Source: a virus
IMG/VR virus record: IMGVR_UViG_3300017969_000006
Coordinates: 35,772-99,771 of that record
Length of the DNA stretch: 64,000 nucleotides
Direction: 5' to 3' (one strand)
Position 1 is the first letter of the stretch; each line of letters starts with the position of its first letter. The notes beneath the pieces were generated by a model, which saw only the letters and a program-made list of their open reading frames with translations, was not told the DNA's origin and did not search any database. This document shows, one piece after another, positions 37,701 to 44,404 of this stretch. A program made the translations under genes and the position numbers.

Positions 37701-38742
37701 TGTCGCTCCCGCTGCCGACCTCACCTTGCCAGAACACCGTGATGAGTTGCGCACGCTCCTGCTCGAGAACGAAAACATCACCAAATGGCTTGGCCTCATT
37801 CAGGAACGAACCCCCATCATCAAGGAGGGGATCGGCAACTGGATGAATGATGTTTACGCCCTTAACCCACCCCCCGCAGACTGGGACGTCAATGAAATAT
37901 GGCGAGAGTCCGGAGGCTTGGTCGGAGCGCGACTTACCGAAGCGCTCATTAGAAGCAGAGGTTATGACGCGCCAGCAATGACTGTAAATGAAGCAGAAAT
38001 GGATCTTCTTCTAGCCACCCGTGGACTTATGCCGATCTCACGTGGTGCTACCAACAACATGCAACGCGCAACCCTTGATTCGTCAGAAGAATTCCTCACC
38101 GGAGGCGGCATTGACGGTGCTGGGCTCTATTTCGCTATCGAAGGAACAAGCCCCACCCGACTGGGTGGCGGACATCACGAGGCCGACGGCTACATCGAAG
38201 GCGTATCAGATGCTTCTGTTATCCGTGGCGCGCTAAACCCCGGCGCGAAAGTAATGCAAATTTCTGCTGCAACACGAATGGCTGAAGAATACCGGTTGGA
38301 AACTCTAGGTGAGGATGTTGGTGCAGGAGGGGAAGCGAACCCTCTGATCGCCCTGAGGCGCAGCCTCGTGAACGACCCATCTCAGGCCGATTTGTTGGAA
38401 GCGTTAGATTCGGCGATTGTTGATTCAACCGACCCAGCAAAGTTTGACGGAGGATCAGTTAACGGACGGACAGTAATTCCGTTGCTCTTGGGCTATGACG
38501 CTACAATTTCCGAGACACGAGATGATAACCGCGTTGTCATTCTGAACCGCTCGGCAGCAATCCTGCAAGACACAACGTATACGGGTCAAGAGTGGGCTGA
38601 GGCAAAACCATGGGATCGCCTCTTGGAACGCGCCAAAGTGCTTGGTGCCGACATGGACATTCCTATCGGCCTATCACCGGAAGAAAGAACACAGTGGGTT
38701 CTTGAGAAGTTGGAAACAGAATTTGGAGCGATCAGTGGATAG
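31714..38742 (+). CDS. 2342-aa polyvalent protein: zincin peptidase plus several ADP-ribosyltransferase-like domains
   Basis: HELGH (33397) + EGMTE (33748); VLPKGTKG ART-like segment; RPLFG...VELVLRADVARRT DUF3626-like segment; C-terminal GAGLYFA...LLGYDA...VILNRS. Confidence 0.7.
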   Translation: MANIRAERVILSDRVNTYRRDYETIGALFRIKSAVLASQESLDPNISVKALNQDLPKKDKKDSEKRTSGTGVEEQLPELRYAPNGKRGRGDVLKLHVTPRDLTTGNEPNFGWIPAPEKKSEEETRKQMRELLDWKKRRPKVRVRSFRADPRTGQRVEDSGVDVEVKGLGRKLNQIVPGGNLSSRAAGAVGVLTDANGKFRCPPGTPAANQFTDEFGTNCFKPALSSRRLIGAMRRWFDKYVELGEQIQLLESMGIYGVGPDDLTPQYRQNIRNMVRAAGSVAPKERVQEVQSRMDTAIDALQTRLGTTRDTTDNADMWTALATLAADEWQDLDFSGIFSGPEGWGSWNKNMLADPKGRTPQAAADHTADVRSQYISMFDNWVSDGPMRQRYRDGDPEARALIDEMVTRHLAAERGFLKAILQEYQESPEIMRQVKTLGRTQIRDGEAFDDYWRVDGECSPAGFHPRDGFALNIDFNAAAVALKPAIQNGLANYTSDGRILLFDIDPNDVSRSFTSEAEQWAEIGNLMQNTVDLERWRNVYAQDLSTARHGSIEAKGVHIAKHELGHARQYQFIKNAVLDTHAKTGSTYLVNSTSGQIERLDVSPDQWTNQQWVDVVTSQVQRLIPEKYLADGFPPTSLETFEGTMLHIMAGRYYQDEVQNFFNLNDDAKRGQSALMMLEGMTELRALRDMGVLMDPELDRLVSWMDDVDPRTPERPDPQGVIWPPPTSSAMQVFQPDPNGTWDTISRTPIEDPNPFIPDLGGKQEHIDAINSRISSLNRSLPDAERDLFDPRSEVVEIQNGNDVVEQLRSGKTALDIENLTVKKQQIIDREVLAEDIAATGEIDDVGDLEVGDAIRFKGFKTLDRRMDADQEQDLSADEGKRKVNFVLPKGTKGIEKQNPANNEPDQVEIPGGEYEVRSVNPDGTVTLVPRSQDDADTVARRLIDSLDGSSDIDDVRDAVRTVQKRAQKYVQKKEKIRRATRSSDPATAQRMERRNAAIVEEIRQRGANPFRVTDRDIERIWGSVRPGERPPFTRAQAEEAYGRALETIEDLRGRPTTGRFGRALEATDEVREFLETARQSEIGARIERAVMEYHNGFDSRPRYRTDMDGLQSIIDTGDSRGLIPPRGSQWDPFLDAEDAMQGFTPDDGIRPLFGNLLHADDDSAIQRYLDNIKGYAAIRDSEFFDRVTESPLGKVLTGDVELVLRADVARRTGYGIGDARGQIAFGVMIHDDDPARVRQALLTRRFGGPIDDTATTGAALDFLHADLTGDYSGIRTPMDTLSLDAGLSVDVRDRTIRGRVDADAFIAGGFNGEELENVRIGSASLNYKRQFLAPAEVGANNSELRKRLGLAGLSKTEVDTVFEFAQSGRLDLESADLLRMNKAAREQADRFARVGISTTFTNDKGINVLDGASVSVETPGIGRIEASKRADDILRVRLEGEIAERAEDIAKQIRSGVGLRSATSSPRRDAPINVVDPFSDDPFGGVVDRARTVVTDRIRDEVSERATALATEKIGRLGAKLSRRQVQNRGIQRVGMNVLQSDRAENLLRRAGLETDDIENIRFVGELAAAFGTSGPAGVGLVLARRGSREGIDFGVRKAREQGWITDSQANAILRAADTVAPEGLPDAVTNAIGEQAQRAINSDAADRAREIASAAAERVRELDLGDRVGDIFDRGRTADTPALPSTPNDPFSANDPFAPISGGGLRSQTGRSILAQSKPIFDIESDDDINKLADELRTLTQPDSRNPNNHVSIMAEELRDIIGDIETPDLLTGEPRKYAEDITDSIPSYIANRVREQLGDMPLSDEQKQRVGELLAASEQMRELDAFRFDIMQRRTPDQVTDTNDPFGGPPPRRPSAPPPRRPTANDPFSDGPEEVPETPPQYTAAQARERLDEILADSTIFTTEFNQRQSTITERENRRSEVETRRQELESVINELARYEMVTADRLTEEIDRTAPVGKATTTQAAKIDPRQHAPQQGIVRDPKEVQRIAEQTVAPAADLTLPEHRDELRTLLLENENITKWLGLIQERTPIIKEGIGNWMNDVYALNPPPADWDVNEIWRESGGLVGARLTEALIRSRGYDAPAMTVNEAEMDLLLATRGLMPISRGATNNMQRATLDSSEEFLTGGGIDGAGLYFAIEGTSPTRLGGGHHEADGYIEGVSDASVIRGALNPGAKVMQISAATRMAEEYRLETLGEDVGAGGEANPLIALRRSLVNDPSQADLLEALDSAIVDSTDPAKFDGGSVNGRTVIPLLLGYDATISETRDDNRVVILNRSAAILQDTTYTGQEWAEAKPWDRLLERAKVLGADMDIPIGLSPEERTQWVLEKLETEFGAISG

Positions 38743-38959
38743 CAAACGAGTCACCACCGGAGATGACGGCATCCGTTTTCAGCCTAGCCAGACGTACTTG
38801 AAGTACATGGAAACCAGCGCTGTTCGTGAACTGCTTGATAAAGACCCCGACGTTGAACCGTACCTCCAGCAGATCTTTACTGCGCTGCCACAAGTCAGTG
38901 AAGTAATCGATCTTTACAAAAACACCTACATCATGGCGCTGCGTGAGGTTGAAGAATGA
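38735..38959 (+). CDS. Small protein coupled to the 2342-aa gene (candidate immunity/partner)
   Basis: GTG 38735 with GGAG upstream, overlapping the upstream stop; 74 aa. Confidence 0.55.
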   Translation: MDSKRVTTGDDGIRFQPSQTYLKYMETSAVRELLDKDPDVEPYLQQIFTALPQVSEVIDLYKNTYIMALREVEE

Positions 38960-41445
38960 GAGCAGTACTAATTGGTCAAGTTAGAAAAAACCCGGTCTAC
39001 TACGACCTAGACGGAAAAGAAACTGACGCGTTCGTTGTCGATAAAGAAAACAACGTTGTTCCGGTCAACGTTATCTCCCTCATTGGCAAAGGCCTCATAG
39101 AACCCATCAACGACTCCGACTTCACTGACTTCTTTTGGAATGGTTCCAAAGAGAGCAGCAAAAGATGGGAAAACATTTTTATCCATCGCGTTCAAGATGT
39201 GCCAGACAAACTGTTGCGTGGAGTTCAAATGCTTACCACTCCACCAAAAAAGAAGAATCCGGCGCGATCGAAAGCCGTTGAGGAAAAAGCGCTGAGAGCA
39301 GATGCCTACAAAGCGCTTGTTGAGAGCGAGCAGCACGAGAAAGCACTGGGTCGAAGTCTAAATCGATTCGGTGGAAGGGCTACTGCGGGTGTTCGTGGAT
39401 TCGTTCGTAATGCCCGATGGGACCCTGACGCATTGGATGCTGACGGTGATGGTTGGGTTCAGGAAGGAACACAGTTCGCTCGTCGGATAACCGGTGCTAA
39501 TGTGACGAAACCGAATAAGCCTTCTCCACCCGAAGTCAACGTTGAGCACTATCGCGCGCTTAGAAGTCAACAAAGGCGCAATTATCAGAACTATCTAAGC
39601 GGATCGATCAGTGAACGACTTGCAAAACGTAAAGCGCGATTCTACATCGACCGCATGGAGAAAGTTGACCAAATGATCGAAAGCCGTTTCTCTGACGGCA
39701 AGCGAATCAAGACCGTTGGCGATATGCGTAAAGCGTTTGAACGTGCTCATCCGGGTTTCATTACAGGTGACAGCACTGCCGAATACTTGAATAGCGCAGA
39801 TCCTGATGAGGAACTAAAAGACACGGTTAGGGAACATGGCTACATGTTTCTTTTGGCACTTATGTCGAATCCGGACCTAACGAAAGCAAACTGGAAATTC
39901 ACTAAAGTTGATCCATCCGAAGAGTTTTCTGGCGCCGCTGCTTTCAAAGGGCCGAACAAAATCGACAGACTTGGAAAAGCACGAGATTTGCCTCGAAACC
40001 GAAAAATGCTTATCGAGATCTCCTACAAAGATGAATTTCCCGAAGCGAAATTTAGAGATGCGCAACAAATGGATGCTCGTTTACGTTTGCAACTTGAGAA
40101 CACCAAGATTATTGCGTCCATATTGAGGTCTGATTTGCCAGACGATGAGAAGCAGGAGTTTGTTCGTCGTTTTCATGCTCGCTCAACAGCATTCCACGAA
40201 ATGACACATGGAAGCATGTATTTTAAAGCGTTCACAGATTCATTGGCGTCAGTCGGTTTACAGCCTGACGAAAAAACCGACGCCGATGCGATCTTGGATG
40301 AGGTGTATACAGCAATATCAGATTTAGCACCAGAAAAAGCATCCCTTCTTGCCGATCAATTCTGGGCAGAAACTATTGCCATGCCAGTTGCATTAGTCAA
40401 CCGTGTCTTGAATTATCTTATGCTTCGTTCCAGTATGGATCCAAGAGCGAAATCAACCATGCTTGATGCGATCAATGCGGATCTCACGGATGGTCAACCC
40501 AATGCCCCTGAACCATTGCGTGTCTCAAAGAAACTCTCCGCGTTTCTTAATGACAAGCAAATCCCGAAAAATCTTGCTAAGCCAAACGATCCACAAGATA
40601 CAACCTTCGAAGAAGGTGACGCTTTATCAATCAACTCGACTATGAACATACTTGCGCATCTGGTCAACGACTTGGGTTCTGGAAATGGTTACCAGAATAG
40701 GCTTCCGTGGGCTGGACGGAAGGCAGTTAACTTTGGTAAGAGCGAAGATGACATTGCCCTGAATTGGCCGCTCCTCTTGGAACATGGAATTCCAAATACA
40801 GACCTTGATTCAGAAGATGTAAAAACATTGCTTATGGCAAATATTCGCATTGGAGAAGTAATCTCGGAAGTGCTTCAATCAGGTAATCCAGACAGCATCA
40901 GGAATTTTGCTGCTATTGCGGCAAGTAACCAAACACAAATTGCTCCCGCTGTTTGGTTGGGCCTTACTGGGAATATCGCAAATCAAAGCATGCGTGAAGC
41001 ATACGTTCAATCCAGTATTCGAGGGGGAGTATCGCAACTTTGGGAAAGCGTTAAAGCAAGCGGCACGGACCGTGATCGAGGAAGAATCATTGACACCCTC
41101 GCCTTACTCTTGGGCGTATGGGACGACCTGACCCCACAGCAACGCGATCTTGCTAAGAACTATGCCGCAATGTCGGGTGGCGGTCTTTATGCTTCGTACG
41201 CTGGATATATCACTAACTTCACGCAGTTGGGTCGAGTTTTCGATGGACTCAACTATGAACTGCTCGCCGAACTTGGCCCCTTAGCCCTATTCGGCAATGT
41301 GGCAGAAATGGCGGATGAACAGGCTGGCGGGATTCGCGAACTTGACCCATCTGAACCAACATATGAAGCATTGCAGAAATTGATTTCGTGGCTGTGGCCC
41401 GAACTCCCCTTCGCGTTAAACGGTAAAGAGAAGGCAAAGTCATGA
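38956..41445 (+). CDS. Tagged cargo protein 2, zincin-like metallopeptidase
   Basis: HEKALGR, WDPDALDADGDGWVQEGTQF, ALRSQQ; HEMTH (40195) and distal LYASY...ELLAE (41257). Confidence 0.7.
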   Translation: MRAVLIGQVRKNPVYYDLDGKETDAFVVDKENNVVPVNVISLIGKGLIEPINDSDFTDFFWNGSKESSKRWENIFIHRVQDVPDKLLRGVQMLTTPPKKKNPARSKAVEEKALRADAYKALVESEQHEKALGRSLNRFGGRATAGVRGFVRNARWDPDALDADGDGWVQEGTQFARRITGANVTKPNKPSPPEVNVEHYRALRSQQRRNYQNYLSGSISERLAKRKARFYIDRMEKVDQMIESRFSDGKRIKTVGDMRKAFERAHPGFITGDSTAEYLNSADPDEELKDTVREHGYMFLLALMSNPDLTKANWKFTKVDPSEEFSGAAAFKGPNKIDRLGKARDLPRNRKMLIEISYKDEFPEAKFRDAQQMDARLRLQLENTKIIASILRSDLPDDEKQEFVRRFHARSTAFHEMTHGSMYFKAFTDSLASVGLQPDEKTDADAILDEVYTAISDLAPEKASLLADQFWAETIAMPVALVNRVLNYLMLRSSMDPRAKSTMLDAINADLTDGQPNAPEPLRVSKKLSAFLNDKQIPKNLAKPNDPQDTTFEEGDALSINSTMNILAHLVNDLGSGNGYQNRLPWAGRKAVNFGKSEDDIALNWPLLLEHGIPNTDLDSEDVKTLLMANIRIGEVISEVLQSGNPDSIRNFAAIAASNQTQIAPAVWLGLTGNIANQSMREAYVQSSIRGGVSQLWESVKASGTDRDRGRIIDTLALLLGVWDDLTPQQRDLAKNYAAMSGGGLYASYAGYITNFTQLGRVFDGLNYELLAELGPLALFGNVAEMADEQAGGIRELDPSEPTYEALQKLISWLWPELPFALNGKEKAKS

Positions 41446-41780
41446 ATCAGAAAGAATGGAACAAAAAACTCGAGAAAACTACCGGTTTTCCAATCAGTGA
41501 AATGTTCACTGCGCTATCCAGTGATCAACTGATTGGGAAGATTCGGGAGGCTGAAGATGGAAAGGATCCATTCGCTGACAAAAGAATGGAAAAATTTGAG
41601 CAATTTCTTGATGTCCATTCAAATAAGCGCGTAAACCCAAACAATCCTTTTAGGGACGATCGAGATCGTGAAATTTGGTCAACGATCGAGTTCCGGACAG
41701 TTCTCTTGCCTCCAAAAGAACGAAATAAGCGGATTCCAACCTATTTCGGACCGAATCGAGTACAACTAGAAGTTTCCTAG
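41442..41780 (+). CDS. Small protein coupled to the 829-aa gene (candidate immunity/partner)
   Basis: ATGA overlap, 112 aa. Confidence 0.6.
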   Translation: MNQKEWNKKLEKTTGFPISEMFTALSSDQLIGKIREAEDGKDPFADKRMEKFEQFLDVHSNKRVNPNNPFRDDRDREIWSTIEFRTVLLPPKERNKRIPTYFGPNRVQLEVS

Positions 41781-41813
41781 CATCATCATTATCTATTCTA
41801 AACTGGATACACC

Positions 41814-42449
41814 ATGGATGAAATCGAAGTCAAAGGCCCACAAGATGTAATCCTCGACCTTCCACAGGAACGAGTCACGGCGATTACTGGCGGCAGGGGA
41901 CCGCGTCGCGGCAACCTTGAGAGGTTGTTGCGCTATTGGCGTCCCATCATGAAAAAGCCGGGTGGATTCAGAAGGTGTCGTGTAATTCTTGCGGACCACC
42001 CAGAACTTTACCCACTCGAACGAATCTGTGCTTGGCTGCACCATGAGACAACCGGTCTTTGGCCCAATGAGGGATGTCACCATCCCGGAATGAAAAACTG
42101 TAGAGGAAAACTCAAGAAGCGGAACTGGTCTGATGCCGACTGGAGCAAGAGGATGGCTCGACGCTTCAAAAAGAACAAGAAATCTATCTTTGATCATCAA
42201 GTTGATGACATGTTCTACGGTGATTTTATTGAACGTAAAGAACTTGAAACAGATTTCGACTATAATCAAGTAGTTACCGAAACAGATTTCAAGCATGCGA
42301 TGTCCGTTTTGTCAGACTTCATGGACATGGAACCTGATTTCGTCTCGTATATCAGAGATTACGAAAACTGGGAAATCGTCGGAGACGACGAAAACGGCGA
42401 TGAAATTTCGGCAACATTCGTGAAAACCGAAGATTGCGGATGTGACTGA
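41814..42449 (+). CDS. Head-associated protein with Cys/His domain
   Basis: GNLERLLRYW...PGGFRRC...ICAWLHHETTGLWP; begins MDEIEVKG. Confidence 0.65.
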   Translation: MDEIEVKGPQDVILDLPQERVTAITGGRGPRRGNLERLLRYWRPIMKKPGGFRRCRVILADHPELYPLERICAWLHHETTGLWPNEGCHHPGMKNCRGKLKKRNWSDADWSKRMARRFKKNKKSIFDHQVDDMFYGDFIERKELETDFDYNQVVTETDFKHAMSVLSDFMDMEPDFVSYIRDYENWEIVGDDENGDEISATFVKTEDCGCD

Positions 42450-44404
42450 TGGCCACTTCATACATTTACGAAAAAGAAGTTGATTGTGAAGCGTGTCCAA
42501 GTGTTCGCGTGAAAAGAACGATCATCGCCAAACTCGAACAGAAAGAAAACGTTCGTTACCTCCGGCAAACTCGCGCAAATCGTGAAGAACTCGTGCAATT
42601 TAAAGCACTTTCTAAACGAAACGGGAATATTCGCCAGTATGACGTCAAACGAGTTGGCGCAATCGGGTCAAGTAGCCGTCTGGGGCAAGCAGCCCAAGCA
42701 ATCGGAACCATTGCCACCCCCGGAAATATTTCCCCTTACCGCAGCCCAATCAGGTCAGGAATTGCTCGTGCCCTGACTCCCGGCAAACCCGGTGGTATGC
42801 GTGGTGTACGTCGCCGGGGACGAACCTCTAGGTGTCCAGAAGGATTCCAGTACGGTGGTCGTTTTACTGACAATGAATTCTCGACATGTGGGCAACAGTT
42901 GTTCGATGTTCCATCTCCCCTTGGCGCAACAATTCGCGCAATTCGTGAGCAGCAAAGAGCCGCCGCTCGAGGACCAGCCCAACCGCGAACTGCCGCTACG
43001 CCAATTGCCTCACAAGGAACAGTGAATCGTGACCGTGCCGTTCGTGCGGCACAAATTCCGCGCGTGTCAGCCACCACGAAGAAAACCGATCGCGATAAGA
43101 GCACCGCTGAAGTAATCAAAACGATGGGCAAGCCAGACATCAACGCCACTCGCCTCGTCCGACGTGACGGATATGTTCTCGAGCCAGTCGTGACACCCCG
43201 AGTTCTTCGAACCATCCCAGACAACCGAGACATGGTTGATGCAACATTTATTCTGACTGCCAAGAATCGCGCAGACCTTGGCGACCAAGAACTTGGGCTT
43301 CTTTCAAATACAGGCGTAACCAACGTCACGTATGTTTTTCAAGACGGATCTTACGTTCAGATTCGAAAAGTTCGTTCATTGACCCGTGGTGAGCGACGCA
43401 AGTTGGGTCGCACCGTGAACGCGGCGATGAAAGTTGATAACGAAAGTGACCCTCTTGCACGCCTGAAATACGTTTCAGATGAGACCGGTGATGGCATCGA
43501 TCTCGTTGAGAGCCTACGAGGCGGTCGCACGATTCAAAAAATCCTTTCCGGGAAAGGCAAAGTTTCGAGATCGAAAGATTCAGAAACTGTCGATCCGCTT
43601 GGAGACGCCGCAAAAACAGTTCGAGACGGAGGAGACATCTCCTCTATCCGCCCAACAATCCTGCAAGAAGCGATTGGTAAAACGAATCTCTTCAAAAAGA
43701 CAGGTACTGACAAGTACAAGGCTGCCGATGGCAGGGTTTACACACTGCGCACTTCGGGCAAGTCAGGCGAACACATTACGCAAGCCATGTCATCCGCAGT
43801 CCAAGACCACCTCGGACTCAACGGTGTTGATATCGCATTTGTCGGTAAGGGATCATCGAAGCGCAAGTACTTGTCCATGACCCCGGAATCCGAGATCGTC
43901 GACGGTGCGCTTTCCAAAGAGAAGTCATTCAATGACCTCGATGTGGACGACGTGGCAAAACTTTTCGTATCTGACATGGTTATGGATATAGAAAGTCGCG
44001 CCAGCAACACGGTTGCGATCTTCGACAAGGGGGATGAGTCGTCGCTCATTGCGACATTTGCCCAAAGTGAACTCGTGGATCTTTCGGATGCCAAAATTCG
44101 TGAACGTACCCAGAAAAAGATTCGCGACATGAAAGCATTGCAACCCGACAGCATTTACAGTAAATACTATAAGAGTTTGAAGGCTGAACAGCGCCGACAA
44201 ATGCAAGAAGAGATCGACAAACTCATTGCGAAAGCACGCGAATTTAACTTCACCAAATTCCGCGACAAACTCTACGCAGATGGAGAACTCTCCTCAGCGG
44301 AGAAGACACACTTGAACATTATTGCTAAAATTATTAAGACACGTATTGATGTACTTACCGACAGTAGGGAAGTTTTGATGCGTGTTCTCGGAGGTCAGAA
44401 GTGA
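42449..44404 (+). CDS. 651-aa cargo-like protein with RCPxG..FTD..C motif and degenerate HipA/PI3K-like C-terminus
   Basis: RCPEGFQYGGRFTDNEFSTC; DGRVYTLR...AVQDHLGL...VAKLFVSDMVMDIESRASN. Confidence 0.6.
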   Translation: MATSYIYEKEVDCEACPSVRVKRTIIAKLEQKENVRYLRQTRANREELVQFKALSKRNGNIRQYDVKRVGAIGSSSRLGQAAQAIGTIATPGNISPYRSPIRSGIARALTPGKPGGMRGVRRRGRTSRCPEGFQYGGRFTDNEFSTCGQQLFDVPSPLGATIRAIREQQRAAARGPAQPRTAATPIASQGTVNRDRAVRAAQIPRVSATTKKTDRDKSTAEVIKTMGKPDINATRLVRRDGYVLEPVVTPRVLRTIPDNRDMVDATFILTAKNRADLGDQELGLLSNTGVTNVTYVFQDGSYVQIRKVRSLTRGERRKLGRTVNAAMKVDNESDPLARLKYVSDETGDGIDLVESLRGGRTIQKILSGKGKVSRSKDSETVDPLGDAAKTVRDGGDISSIRPTILQEAIGKTNLFKKTGTDKYKAADGRVYTLRTSGKSGEHITQAMSSAVQDHLGLNGVDIAFVGKGSSKRKYLSMTPESEIVDGALSKEKSFNDLDVDDVAKLFVSDMVMDIESRASNTVAIFDKGDESSLIATFAQSELVDLSDAKIRERTQKKIRDMKALQPDSIYSKYYKSLKAEQRRQMQEEIDKLIAKAREFNFTKFRDKLYADGELSSAEKTHLNIIAKIIKTRIDVLTDSREVLMRVLGGQK

